A stretch of 64,000 bases of DNA from positions 1,766,389 to 1,830,388 of the forward strand of contig OZ247587.1 in NCBI GenBank assembly GCA_965233865.1. The letters are read 5' to 3'. Position 1 is the first letter of the stretch. Every line of letters begins with the position of its first letter. The notes beneath the pieces were generated by a model that saw only the letters and a program-made list of their open reading frames with translations, ran no database searches and had not been told where the DNA came from. Shown here in pieces: positions 40,514-51,359 of the stretch. The DNA is from Candidatus Neptunichlamydia sp. (lineage in GTDB: Bacteria > Chlamydiota > Chlamydiia > Chlamydiales > Simkaniaceae). The translations under genes and the position numbers were made by a program.

Positions 40514-43500
40514 TCATATGAGGTATTTTCCTGTATAGGAAGTGCTTATTTTTCCGATCTCTTCTGGTGTGCCCGTGGCAACTACTTGGCCGCCACCTTC
40601 TCCGGGGCCAGGCCCTAGATCGATAATATGATCAGCGGCCTTAAGGATATCTAGATTATGTTCAACAATAATGACGGTGTTTCCTTTATCAACAAGGGCG
40701 CCAAAAATGGGGAGAAGTTTTGCGATGTCGTCGCTGTGAAGGCCAATCGTTGGTTCATCGAATAGATAGAGTGTCTTTCCTGTTGCCCGCTTTGAAAGCT
40801 CTCTTCCAAGTCGCATGCGTCCGGCTTCGCCCCCTGATAGAGATTGAATCTCTTGCCCGAGTGTGAGGTAACCAAGCCCGACACTGATAAGGGTCTCTAA
40901 AATTTTCTGGAGTTTTGGAATAGGAGGAAGGAAGTTCAGAGAGTCTTCGACAGTGAGCTTTAGTAACTGACCTAAGCTTTTCCCCTTGTAGGTGACTTTT
41001 AAACTGAGGGGGTTTAGCCGGTTTCCATGGCAGCTATCACATTTGACTCTTAAAGAAGGGAGGAATTGCAAACGGATAGTTTTAAACCCGAGGCCCCAAC
41101 AGTTTCGGCACATCCCTTTAAGGTGGTTATGGCTAAAGTGTTTTGGCTGCAGTCCTCGCGCTGCTGCTTCAGGGAGTTTGGCAAAGAATTGGCGCAAGGG
41201 TTGATTGGCTTCGCTATAGGTAGAAACATCGGCTCTAACGGTATGCCCAATGGGATTTTGATCGATGGCGATCAGCTTATTGATTTCTGATAGTCCTTTG
41301 ATTTTTGCTCCGTCAATGGCGATTTCATCACTATCTGAGCGGGAAGCGATATGTTTTTGCATGCCTTGTTTTAAAAGTGTGTCGATTAGCGTTGATTTCC
41401 CCGACCCTGAAACGCCACTGATGCAGGTTAAAACCTTTGTAGGGATTTTCACAGTGATGTTTTTAAGGTTGTGTTTTTTGGCTTTTTCGATGGTGAGAAA
41501 ACTCTTTGAGACGCGCCGTTTTTCAGGGATGGGGAGTTTTGTTTTTCCGCTTAAATAGCTGCCAGTTAGAGAGGATTTATTCTTTTTGATTTGGGAGAGG
41601 GTTCCCTCTGCTGTGAGTTCTCCACCAAGCCTTCCTGCTTTAGGGCCAAAATCAAAAATATGGTCAGCAATTTCTAAAGTTAAAGGGTCATGCTCAACCA
41701 TGAGAAGTGTGTTTCCTAAATCTCGAAGGTGTTTAAGTGCTTCGTTGAGCCTTTCATTGTTATAGGGGTGAAGGCCAATGGTTGGCTCATCTAGAACATA
41801 GAGACATCCCGTGAGGCCACTTCCGAGCTGGCGGGCAAGATGAATCCTTTGCGTTTCTCCTCCACTTAGGGTGGGCGCACTCCGGGAAAGAGATAGATAT
41901 TCCAATCCAATATTGCAAAGGAAGGTGAGGCGATGAATCAAGGGATCTAAGATTTCTTGAATTTCCTTTTCCTTAGGGATGCAATCAATAAAGGAAAGAG
42001 CCTCAGATAATGGAAGGTTGCATAAATGACCGAGTGTCTTCCCTTCAAGTTTTACTCTTCGCGCTAGGGGATTGAGCCTTTCTCCTTCGCAACTCATGCA
42101 GGGCGAAACTTCGAGCAGGGGTCGTATGGTTTCTCGTTGCTGTCGGTGTCCTGTTTTTCCAATTTTTGCAAAGGCGTGATTAATCCCTATGAAACGGAGC
42201 TCCATTTTCTCGCATTTAAAATAACGGGGCGATCCATTGAGTATCAGCTGGAGCTGTTTTACAGGAAGTTGATAAAGAGGAATATCGGGGTCAATCGCTT
42301 CTTCCTCTAAGAAGGTGAGAAAACCATTCTCAGCAGCAGAGGTTGCTTCTTCTTTCCACAATTTACTTATCAGTTCATAGGATGACAGGGCCATGATTTT
42401 TTGGTGGGAGAGGATATTAGCTCCCCATTGAAATCCGAGTCCCAAACAGTCAGGACACATCCCTTCTTCTGAGTTGAAGGAAAAGGTGTGAGGAGTAAGC
42501 GGGGGGTAGGTCTTTCCTGTGCTGGGAACAGCAAAGGCTAGGTTGAAAAGAAGGTCTTCATTATCGAGTGCGACAGTAAAGGGCTCTTTTGTTAGGGCTG
42601 CTGCTTGTTCTATTGCCTCGAAGAGTCTCTTTTCAATACCAGAACGAATTGCGACGCGGTCGACAACAAGGAAAAGAGCATTCTTTCGACTTGCTTGGTA
42701 GGGGATTCCTTCATCAAGTTCATAATATTCTCCATTAAGGCGCACTCGAACAAATCCTTGCTGCGTCAAAACATCCTGAATCTCATCCATCGATTGCCCT
42801 TTCACAACTTTGATCGGGGATAGGATATGGAGTCGGGTTTTTTCAGGAAGTTTCATCAGGTGCTTAATCACAGACTCTTTGCTGATCGACTCAATCTTTT
42901 CACCTGTTTCAGGACAATAAGCCACTCCTTGGTGGGCATATAAAAGACGGAGAAAATCGTAGACCTCTGTCATTGTTCCAATGGTTGAGCGAGGGTTTCC
43001 TGCGTGGTGTTTTTGCTCGATAGCGATTGCTGGTGAGAGCCCTTCAATCTCTTCGACTTTGGGTTTGGGCATCTGTTTCACAAACTGCCGGGCATAAGCG
43101 GATAGAGATTCAATGTAACGTCGTTGCCCTTCAGCGTAGATTGTTTCAAATGCAAACGAACTTTTCCCAGAACCAGAGGGACCTGTGCAGATGGAGATTT
43201 TTCCTCGGGGAATTTTGAGATCCCCTCCTTTTAAGTTGTTTTGTCGGCACCCAATTGCAGTGATTGCACTGAGAGGTTTTTGAGTCGCTTTATGGGGGCG
43301 GCTTTTGAGAGCTTTGCGAGGGCGGAGCGCATGTCCTGTTGGAGTTTCTTTTTTTGCCATCTGCTCTGGAGTTGCAGTGGCAAGGATTTGTCCCCCTCCT
43401 TTCCCTCCTTCAGGGCCTAGATCAATGACCCAATCCGTTGTTTTAATAAGATCAATATTGTGTTCGATCACAAGAACTGTATTTCCTGCATCGACTAAGT

Positions 43501-46123
43501 GTTGCAAGATATTGATAAGCTTCCGGATATCATGAAAGTGGAGTCCTGTTGTGGGTTCATCCAAGATATAGAGCGTTTTCCCCGTAGCAGGGCGGATGAT
43601 TTCTCGAGCAAGTTTTATCCGTTGCGCTTCTCCTCCCGAAAGTGTCGTGGAAGATTGTCCAAGGGTGATGTAGTCCATTCCCACTTGTTTGAGAAGGGAA
43701 AGTTTGTGGTGGATATGGGGAATTGCATCGAAGAATTCGAGAGCTTCTTCGATAGTCATTTCCAAAACATCGTGGATATTTTTCCCCTTGTAGTTAATGG
43801 CAAGGGTTTTGGGATCAAATCGTTTTCCATTGCAGAGAGAGCAAGTTGTCCACACATCGTCCATAAAATCCATATCAAGGCGGATCTGCCCCATCCCTCT
43901 GCACTCGGTGCACGAACCTTCCTGGACATTGAAGCTGAAACGGCCGGGTTTAAAGCCTGCTACTTGGCTTTCGGGAAGTTTTGTGAAGAGATCTCGAACA
44001 TCATCGAATACTTTGATGTAGGTACTGGGATTGGAACGAGGGGTCCTTCCAATCGGAGTTTGATCAATGGCTATGACCTTATCAAGGTGCTCTAGCCCTT
44101 GGATCGCCTTGTGCTTTCCTACTGAGTGCTCGGCTCGATGAAGCTTATTTGCAAGAGCTGGATAAAGGGTATCGGTAATAAGGGAAGACTTTCCCGAGCC
44201 TGAAACTCCTGTGACGGCAATGAAAAGTCCCAACGGAATATCAACATTAACCTGCTTTAGATTGTGATGCTCAGCCCCTTTGATTGTGAGAGTTTTCTTC
44301 CCTTTTTTTCGCTTTTTCAGAATCGGAATGGTTTCTTTTCTGCTTAGGTAAGCTCCCGTAATCGAGCGAGGTTCCTTCTTTAAATCTTCGATTGTTCCGG
44401 CAGCAATCACCTCTCCTCCTCGGGATCCTGCTTCGGGGCCGATGTCGACGATAAAGTCAGCTGCTTCCATTGTTTCTTCGTCATGTTCTACAACAATAAC
44501 TGTGTTTCCACGGTCTCGGAGTTTTTCTAGAGTGGAAATAAGCTTTGTGTTGTCGCGGGGGTGGAGGCCAATCGAGGGCTCATCAAGAATATATGTTGTG
44601 CCGACAAGGCCACATCCAATCTGCGAAGCGAGGCGCACCCGCTGCGACTCTCCTCCAGAAAGGGTAGGAGCGGTGCGCTCTAAAGCTAAGTAGTAGAGTC
44701 CTACATTAAGGAGAAATTCGAGCCGTTTTTTGATCTCCAAAATAAGATCATGTCCTACTAGTTCTTCAAAGGGAGAGAGTTTGATCTTTTGAAAGAAGCC
44801 GTGGAACTCTTCAATTGTTATTGAAGTCAGTTCATGGATTGTTTTCCCTCCTAGCTGCGTCGCTGCAGGGTAAGGCTTGATGCGAGAGCCGTTGCAGTCG
44901 GGGCAAACCGTTTCATGCATCAATTTTAACATCTTATTTCTATAGATGTCACTCTTCGCTTCATTGTAACGCTTTTTCGCTTCTGAAATGATACCCCGCC
45001 ATTTAATGTATTCGGTCCAAGAAGTTCGTTTTACAGGGTGGATAAAATGCATTTTAGTCCACTTTTTTCTGTTTCCATACAGGTATTGGTTCTGGGCTTT
45101 TACTGGAAGATCTTTCCACGGAATGTGGATATCAAAGTCGTAGAGGCTGCCAAGGTTATTGTAGATGTTCTTCCATTTCACTGTGTTGTAAGAACCAGCG
45201 ATTAAGCAGCAGTCCTCTGCAATACTCAGCTCAGGGTTAATAATTTTGTCGAGATCAAAGTCTTGTGTGAGCCCAAGCCCATCACAGGTGGAGCACATCC
45301 CACTAGGATGGTTGAAGGAAAAGTCATAGGGTTCTAGTGGGGAATAGGAGAGTTTTGATTTTTTTGCATAGGCGTGCTGCGAAAAAAGGGTTTCTTCCTT
45401 GCTCGTTTTATTGTAGACACTCATTACCCCTTCGCCAAGCTCCAAGGCATGAGTCACTGCTTCTATAATCCGGTTTTTTTCTTCCTCTTTGAGGATGATT
45501 CTGTCGATGACGAGGTCGATATCATGGGTACTTGATTTATCAACTTTAATTTCGTTTTCAAGATTTACAATCTCTCCGTCTAGGCGGATACGCATAAACC
45601 CTTTGCGGATAAGATCTTCAAAGAGATCTTTAAATTCACCCTTTTTTCCTTTGATGTGGGGGGCCAAGAAAACGAGCTGCGATTTTTCTGGAAAATTCTG
45701 AATGGTAGAAAGGATCCGCTCTATGCTTTGAGGCTGAACCTTTTCGCCGCTTACGGGGCAATGAGGGGTACCAACACGGGCAAAAAGAACACGGAGATAA
45801 TCATAGATTGCTGTGATGGTCCCAACGGTGGATCGAGGGTTTCTCCCTGCCGTTTTTTGTTCGATTGCTATGGTAGGAGAAACTCCTTCAATGAGATCAG
45901 CATCGGGTTTTTGAAGGCTTCCCATGTATCTGCGCGCATAATTGGAAAGAGATTCGATATAGCGCCGTTGCCCTTCAACATAAATTGTGTCAAAAGCTAG
46001 CGAGGATTTTCCTGATCCTGATACTCCGGTAAAGACAATAAATGTTCCTGGATCGAGGGTAAGGTTGACCCCTTTCAAGTTATGAACTCGAATGTTTTTT
46101 AGGATGATAGATTGCTTTCCCAT
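40514..46123 (-). CDS. uvrA: Excinuclease ABC subunit A, tandem double-length form
   Basis: 1869 aa with two UvrA units: four Walker A motifs (GVSGSGKS/GPSGSGKS), four LSGGE signatures, Cys zinc fingers. Confidence 0.96.
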   Translation of the reverse strand: MGKQSIILKNIRVHNLKGVNLTLDPGTFIVFTGVSGSGKSSLAFDTIYVEGQRRYIESLSNYARRYMGSLQKPDADLIEGVSPTIAIEQKTAGRNPRSTVGTITAIYDYLRVLFARVGTPHCPVSGEKVQPQSIERILSTIQNFPEKSQLVFLAPHIKGKKGEFKDLFEDLIRKGFMRIRLDGEIVNLENEIKVDKSSTHDIDLVIDRIILKEEEKNRIIEAVTHALELGEGVMSVYNKTSKEETLFSQHAYAKKSKLSYSPLEPYDFSFNHPSGMCSTCDGLGLTQDFDLDKIINPELSIAEDCCLIAGSYNTVKWKNIYNNLGSLYDFDIHIPWKDLPVKAQNQYLYGNRKKWTKMHFIHPVKRTSWTEYIKWRGIISEAKKRYNEAKSDIYRNKMLKLMHETVCPDCNGSRIKPYPAATQLGGKTIHELTSITIEEFHGFFQKIKLSPFEELVGHDLILEIKKRLEFLLNVGLYYLALERTAPTLSGGESQRVRLASQIGCGLVGTTYILDEPSIGLHPRDNTKLISTLEKLRDRGNTVIVVEHDEETMEAADFIVDIGPEAGSRGGEVIAAGTIEDLKKEPRSITGAYLSRKETIPILKKRKKGKKTLTIKGAEHHNLKQVNVDIPLGLFIAVTGVSGSGKSSLITDTLYPALANKLHRAEHSVGKHKAIQGLEHLDKVIAIDQTPIGRTPRSNPSTYIKVFDDVRDLFTKLPESQVAGFKPGRFSFNVQEGSCTECRGMGQIRLDMDFMDDVWTTCSLCNGKRFDPKTLAINYKGKNIHDVLEMTIEEALEFFDAIPHIHHKLSLLKQVGMDYITLGQSSTTLSGGEAQRIKLAREIIRPATGKTLYILDEPTTGLHFHDIRKLINILQHLVDAGNTVLVIEHNIDLIKTTDWVIDLGPEGGKGGGQILATATPEQMAKKETPTGHALRPRKALKSRPHKATQKPLSAITAIGCRQNNLKGGDLKIPRGKISICTGPSGSGKSSFAFETIYAEGQRRYIESLSAYARQFVKQMPKPKVEEIEGLSPAIAIEQKHHAGNPRSTIGTMTEVYDFLRLLYAHQGVAYCPETGEKIESISKESVIKHLMKLPEKTRLHILSPIKVVKGQSMDEIQDVLTQQGFVRVRLNGEYYELDEGIPYQASRKNALFLVVDRVAIRSGIEKRLFEAIEQAAALTKEPFTVALDNEDLLFNLAFAVPSTGKTYPPLTPHTFSFNSEEGMCPDCLGLGFQWGANILSHQKIMALSSYELISKLWKEEATSAAENGFLTFLEEEAIDPDIPLYQLPVKQLQLILNGSPRYFKCEKMELRFIGINHAFAKIGKTGHRQQRETIRPLLEVSPCMSCEGERLNPLARRVKLEGKTLGHLCNLPLSEALSFIDCIPKEKEIQEILDPLIHRLTFLCNIGLEYLSLSRSAPTLSGGETQRIHLARQLGSGLTGCLYVLDEPTIGLHPYNNERLNEALKHLRDLGNTLLMVEHDPLTLEIADHIFDFGPKAGRLGGELTAEGTLSQIKKNKSSLTGSYLSGKTKLPIPEKRRVSKSFLTIEKAKKHNLKNITVKIPTKVLTCISGVSGSGKSTLIDTLLKQGMQKHIASRSDSDEIAIDGAKIKGLSEINKLIAIDQNPIGHTVRADVSTYSEANQPLRQFFAKLPEAAARGLQPKHFSHNHLKGMCRNCWGLGFKTIRLQFLPSLRVKCDSCHGNRLNPLSLKVTYKGKSLGQLLKLTVEDSLNFLPPIPKLQKILETLISVGLGYLTLGQEIQSLSGGEAGRMRLGRELSKRATGKTLYLFDEPTIGLHSDDIAKLLPIFGALVDKGNTVIIVEHNLDILKAADHIIDLGPGPGEGGGQVVATGTPEEIGKISTSYTGKYLI

Positions 46124-46167
46124 GGGGGATAGTATACATTAATAAGAGTTTCTATATAAGAGAAAAT

Positions 46168-47955
46168 ATGCGCACTAGAACAAAAATTATTTGTACCCTG
46201 GGACCCGCAACAAGCAGCTACGAAAAAATTTTGCAGCTGATCGATGCGGGGATGAATGTTGCTCGAATCAACATGAGTCATGGCGCCTATGACAAGCACA
46301 AAGAAACGATTAACAATCTCAAAAAAGCGCGGAAGGAAAAAGGGATTGCCTTAGCAATCATGCTTGATACGAAGGGACCTGAAGTGCGTGTCGGGAACCT
46401 CTCTTCTCCCATTGTTTTGGAGAAAGAAACCCATCTTAAAATCACCAAAGATCCTGCACAAGGAGAGATAACCCTAGAACCTTTTGAAGTCACTCAAGAT
46501 ATCAAAATGGGGGCACAAGTTCTCTTCGATGATGGGTATATCTCCTCCAAAGTGACTGAAAAACACCCCGATTTTTTGGTTATAAAAATTGAAAATTCTG
46601 GAGTTTTGAAATCGCAGAAAGGGGTGAATATTCCCCATGCAGAGCTTCAGCTTCCTGCCGTTACAGAAAGAGATATTGCAGATATCGAGTTCGGATGCAC
46701 AAATGGGATCGATATCTTAGCTGCATCCTTCATCCGCTCAGCAGACCATATCATTACCATTAAAAATATTTTGGCAAAATGCAAGTCTAGTCATGTCATG
46801 CTAATTGCCAAGATTGAAAATGCTCTCGGTGTAAAGAATTTTGATAGCATTCTTCAAGTATCAGACGGAATCATGGTTGCAAGGGGAGATTTGGGAGTAG
46901 AGTTGCCTGTAACTCAAGTTCCCAGACTTCAGAAAGTGATGATCCGCAAATGCTATCAAGCCTTCAAGCCCGTTGTTACAGCGACGCAAATGCTTGAATC
47001 GATGATCTCAAAACCTCGCCCCACACGCGCCGAGGTTTCTGATGTTGCCAATGCTGTGTATGACTGCACCTCTGCTGTGATGCTTTCTGGCGAGACAGCT
47101 GTGGGACAATATCCCATTGAAACAGTCAAGCTTATGCTAAGCACCATCATAGAGGCTGAGAAAGATTTCAACTATGAGGATTTCTTCTATAAAGATGTAT
47201 CGCGCCAGTTTTTTAATGACATTTCCTCATCGGTGGCATTAGCCTCAGTAAAAACAGCCTATAGCGCTCATGCAAAAGCCCTCATTGCTCTCACAACAAG
47301 TGGTTTTACTGCCCGTCTTATGGGGCGATTTCGTCCTGAGATGCCTATTATTGCAGTGACGCCCGATGAAAAAACCTATCACCAACTTGCGTTTTTTTGG
47401 GGAACCGTTCCTGTTTTGGAGCAAGTAAAGGACGTCAAAGAAGGAGTGCAGAGGGCCAGCTGTTTTGCTTTGACGCATAAACTCGTGCGCTACGGAGATC
47501 TGATTGTGGTGACCTCTGGAACCCCTTTTGGGGTCAGTGGAACAACTAACGTGATGCTTGTTGATAATATCGGTGATATGCTTGTAAGAGGACTCCCTGG
47601 AAATGGGAAGCGGACTCATGGAAAAGTAGAGTTTTTTCTTAGCTTTGACGAAGCAGTTAAATATGACTTTAAGGACAAGCTGGTTGTTATGACTAGTTGC
47701 TTAGAAGAATATGAGCCTCACCTTAAATTAGCAGAGGGCATTATTCTCCAAAACCATCCTGATGACACTCACTCCGAGGACCTTGCAAAGCAGTTTGCTC
47801 ATGACCACAAGATCCCTCTCCTGGTCCGTGCTGACGCAGCGTGCACAATACTCAAAAAAGACCAACTCGTCACCCTAGACCCGACCAAAGGGCTGGTCTT
47901 TGAGGGGATCGTTGAATCAGAAGACGAGATGCGAGAGCAAGTCTGCAAATTTTAG
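46168..47955 (+). CDS. pyk: Pyruvate kinase with C-terminal PEP-utiliser-like extension
   Basis: RTKIICTLGP, DTKGPEVR, IAKIEN, MVARGDLG, ATQMLESM, MLSGETA. Confidence 0.96.
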   Translation: MRTRTKIICTLGPATSSYEKILQLIDAGMNVARINMSHGAYDKHKETINNLKKARKEKGIALAIMLDTKGPEVRVGNLSSPIVLEKETHLKITKDPAQGEITLEPFEVTQDIKMGAQVLFDDGYISSKVTEKHPDFLVIKIENSGVLKSQKGVNIPHAELQLPAVTERDIADIEFGCTNGIDILAASFIRSADHIITIKNILAKCKSSHVMLIAKIENALGVKNFDSILQVSDGIMVARGDLGVELPVTQVPRLQKVMIRKCYQAFKPVVTATQMLESMISKPRPTRAEVSDVANAVYDCTSAVMLSGETAVGQYPIETVKLMLSTIIEAEKDFNYEDFFYKDVSRQFFNDISSSVALASVKTAYSAHAKALIALTTSGFTARLMGRFRPEMPIIAVTPDEKTYHQLAFFWGTVPVLEQVKDVKEGVQRASCFALTHKLVRYGDLIVVTSGTPFGVSGTTNVMLVDNIGDMLVRGLPGNGKRTHGKVEFFLSFDEAVKYDFKDKLVVMTSCLEEYEPHLKLAEGIILQNHPDDTHSEDLAKQFAHDHKIPLLVRADAACTILKKDQLVTLDPTKGLVFEGIVESEDEMREQVCKF

Positions 47956-48516
47956 AAGGCTTTTCTGTCGAATTCAAAATTTATTGACACCTACTTAAGT
48001 TTTTGATTATCAACTTATAGTGAACAATAAAAAAAACATTGTTCCAAATAATTATTTCCAGTATGTTTGTCGCAAAATTTTGAATCATAATGATTGGGTT
48101 TCAAAAATATGTCAATTTCGTCAGTTATATCCTTTTTTTCTGCTATTTCTAGCAGCATCAAATCTAGTATATTTACATAGTTTGCAGATCGAACAGGGGT
48201 AGTTCAAAATATTGCCAAAACAACAACCCCTCTCTTCAAAGGAGCCTTCGTATTTGGGGCGATCAACGAGACCGTTGAATAGGGTCCAATGCAGAGGCAA
48301 TTAATCCAGTTCTAGATGTTGTTAAGGCTGCAGTTGGAGTGAACTCAAACAAGGCTGGCGCAGATTTTATTTTAGAAGAAGTCTTAAAGGATTCTAGTTA
48401 ACAGACCAAAATCGATGCTTTTGCGATGATGTATGCTGCTAGAGACACCATTAAATTTATTGTGACTAAGTCAGTTGCTATCTATGTGATAGGAAGTAAA
48501 AAAGGAGAACACCCTC

Positions 48517-48801
48517 TTGATTTTTTCTCTGACCCTGCCAGAAAAAAATCAAACACTCTGTACTCAGATTGGAGAAACGCGAGAACTTGCAGCTGATTAC
48601 GAAGCCATTCTTGTGCATCTTGATGCTGCAGCTGCTGAAGAAGTCGAAGGTGAAAATTTCTTTGCATTCCAGAGAGAGATTGAAAAGAATGTTGGCCAAA
48701 GACTTGCTCTTAAAACGCTTCAGGGAATTGGATCTCCAGAGCTTCAGATAACATTTTCACGGAACTGTTGCAGAATTGCAGCACAAAAGCTTGCTGAATA
48801 A
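48517..48801 (+). pseudogene. 3' remnant of a degraded hypothetical gene
   Basis: Protein-like 94 aa frame lacking a good start, preceded by about 300 bp of stop-interrupted coding-like sequence and followed by a terminator. Confidence 0.35.
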
Positions 48802-48835
48802 GCAGTCTAGAGAGAACTGATTAAGTTTATGAGGA

Positions 48836-48869
48836 AGCCTCACTTTCATGGAAGTGAGGCTCTTTTTTT
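48836..48869 (+). terminator. Rho-independent terminator
   Basis: AGCCTCACTT...AAGTGAGGCT hairpin followed by a T-run. Confidence 0.8.
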
Positions 48870-48913
48870 CCTGACTTGTCATTTTTTTCTGCTTGAGGCA
48901 CCATGTCCAGGAC

Positions 48914-49684
48914 ATGAGAAAGCTTGCTTTGATTATTCTTTTACTGCCGGCCTTGATCTTTTCTGATGATGGAGCATTGAAGCGTCCTGTTGTTCTATCA
49001 GTGCCAAAAGCAGGGGGGCATCTTGCTTTAAAGATGTTGAGTTTGTTTCCAGAAACTCTAGAGGGTCAATGGGCTGATCACATTGTCAATTGCGGTGTGC
49101 GCAACCCTTTATTCTATGATTCTGAGACGCCAAAAATCATTCTTGTGCGAGATTTGCGGGACGTCTTTGTTTCACTGGTTTATTGGTTTGATGCTCAGAT
49201 TGAAGAGGGGCTTATCAACCGTCACTTGGCTGCGAAGCGCAAGGGATTGAAAGAGCTGATTCAACACTGGAGAGGGTGCAGTTTTGATGAAAAACTTCGG
49301 ATTGTTTTGGAGGATGGGCAAGAGAGTCTCTACTATGATGGTTGCATGAGAGAAAACATCGAAGAAGCGTGCGTTTTATGCGAAGAAAAAAATACTCAGG
49401 TCATCTGTTTTGAAGATCTTGTGGGCCCTAAGGGAGGAGGAAATGTTGAATCTCAAAAGGAATGCATTCGACGGTTTGCGGCCATTTTCTCTCAAGACTT
49501 AAAGGAAAAGCAGATCGAGGAGATTAGTCAGAAAATGTTTGGAACACTGCACCCTACGGAATTTGATCAAACCTTTCGCAAGGGACAGGTTGGAGCATGG
49601 GAAAGTCACTACAATGAAAAAAGCTTACTTCTCTTCTACATGCGCTACGGTCGGTATCAAAAAGCATTCGGTTATATTCAGTAG
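48914..49684 (+). CDS. PAPS-dependent sulfotransferase family protein with N-terminal signal peptide
   Basis: 5'-PSB-like SVPKAGGHL, 3'-PB VRDLRDVFVS, FEDLV, C-terminal FRKGQVGAW; hydrophobic N-terminus MRKLALIILLLPALIFS. Confidence 0.8.
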   Translation: MRKLALIILLLPALIFSDDGALKRPVVLSVPKAGGHLALKMLSLFPETLEGQWADHIVNCGVRNPLFYDSETPKIILVRDLRDVFVSLVYWFDAQIEEGLINRHLAAKRKGLKELIQHWRGCSFDEKLRIVLEDGQESLYYDGCMRENIEEACVLCEEKNTQVICFEDLVGPKGGGNVESQKECIRRFAAIFSQDLKEKQIEEISQKMFGTLHPTEFDQTFRKGQVGAWESHYNEKSLLLFYMRYGRYQKAFGYIQ

Positions 49685-49735
49685 CATGCAGTATAGGATA
49701 TTTTAATCCGTTGTGGACGGGATACTTTGGGTTTG

Positions 49736-50374
49736 CTAGATAGTGTAGACACAAGTTTAAATTTGCGCTAAGCTGGTTTCTTAAACTTTCAAGGAGAGGT
49801 TTAGAGATGACCGTACCAGCGCACAGAAGTCATGATATTTCAGATGGAAAAAGTGGTGGACGATCCTGATTACGAGTGGTTAATGATCGATGCAACCCAT
49901 ATCAAAGTTCACCCTTACGCAGCAGGTGCACAAGGTGGCAATCAAGATATGGCTCGGACAAAAGGGGGCTCAACACGAAATTACATTTGGCCGTGGATTC
50001 GCATGGTATGCCGGTCAGAGCGATTATTACGTCAGGTACTCAATCAGACTACCTTCAGGCTAAACACCTAATAGAGGGAATTAACGCCGATTACCTACTA
50101 GCAGATCGGGGTTATGACAGCGATGCAATCGTAACTCAAGCGATCTCTCAAGGAATGAAGGCGGTTACTCCTCCCAGAAAAAATAGGAAAAGCAAGAGAG
50201 CTTATGATAAGCATCTCTATAAATCGAGACATCTTGTAGAAAATGCTTTTTTACATTTGAAGCGATGGAGAGGAATTGCTACACGCTATGCTAAGCACAT
50301 ATCCTCTTTCTTGGCTGCGGTTCAGATCAGATGTTTGGCTTTATGGGTAGAAATCTCGTGACTACACTATCTAG
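49736..50374 (+). mobile_element. Internally deleted IS5-family (IS427-group-like) element
   Basis: Ends CTAGATAGTGTAGACAC / GTGACTACACTATCTAG (16 of 17 inverted match). N-terminal MTVPAHRSHDISD jumps to EWLMIDATHIKVH; AAAAGGGGG frameshift; LADRGYDS; KRWRGIATRY. Confidence 0.9.
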
Positions 50375-50403
50375 ACTCCCACTGTATCACTTGAAATGGA
50401 GAA

Positions 50404-51174
50404 GTGGGGATGATAGTCTTTCAAATCTCGCGCAATAATCCTTTACAGTGCCCAATCTCTCAAGAGCAATATGCTGGGGAGCATCTAAATTCTGAGCTTA
50501 CCGCGATGGCATTCTTTGGTTGTAATTTTGGGTTGGAAAGATTGGAGCTTATGAACCGCGTTTTGTCGAGCGAATGGTTCACTTCCCATCAAGGGCAGTT
50601 TAAGATGAGAGAAATCAAAGCTGAGTTTGGAGTCACCAATGCGCTTTTTAACGCCGCTCTTGGGTCTGAGAAACTCCTTTCTTCGGATGGTCTTTTTAAT
50701 GTGGACGGGCTTCATGGAGGAGCACGTCGAGCCATTCAAAAAGGAGTCTCTTACAGCAACAATTGCCCGATGTGTCGTAAGAGAATCCGAGGGCTTTACC
50801 AATCAAGACATCTCAATCGGCAGCTAAAATTTGGGAGGGTTGATTTAAGTAGATTGGAGATTATTCAAATGAAGATTGAGGAGATTGCAGATTTTGCAGC
50901 TCCCCTCGTTGAGGCGCTTGGAGCGCTAAAACAGTTTGTGTCACGGGAGGGAAGGAACCGTCTATCTTCTTTGAGCAATTTTCTTCATTCTATTGATTTT
51001 TATGTTGATAAGTTTGAGAAGAAATTGCAGATCATCCTTGTCCTTTCTCTGGGGATTAAGGTGATGTGTTTAGGCTATGAGAAGATCGGAATCAAGATGT
51101 TCAAAGAGATGCATAAGAGGACTAATTCTCAGGTCAATGCATTACTGATTTTCGTGTTTATGTTGTTTGTTTAG
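50404..51174 (+). CDS. Hypothetical protein with split RING/U-box-like motifs
   Basis: LQCPISQE near the N-terminus, CPMCRKRI at about residue 121, hydrophobic C-terminus. Confidence 0.5.
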   Translation: MGMIVFQISRNNPLQCPISQEQYAGEHLNSELTAMAFFGCNFGLERLELMNRVLSSEWFTSHQGQFKMREIKAEFGVTNALFNAALGSEKLLSSDGLFNVDGLHGGARRAIQKGVSYSNNCPMCRKRIRGLYQSRHLNRQLKFGRVDLSRLEIIQMKIEEIADFAAPLVEALGALKQFVSREGRNRLSSLSNFLHSIDFYVDKFEKKLQIILVLSLGIKVMCLGYEKIGIKMFKEMHKRTNSQVNALLIFVFMLFV

Positions 51175-51359
51175 AAGGGACTACTCCATGTTGTTGATCA
51201 AGATCCAGTAGAAACAGCGACTATTGGAATGGTGATTTTTCTTATCTACCTTTTGGGATTTGAAGGATTGACTATCTTCGTAGGATTCCTTGCTTTTGTG
51301 AATCTTGTCAATCAAGCAATAGTTGTTAGAGAAGATCTCAATCGAGCTAGGAGAGAGAG

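Noticed and set aside
40514..46123. Double-length UvrA as a novelty
   Set aside because: Tandemly fused UvrA is an established feature of Chlamydiae.
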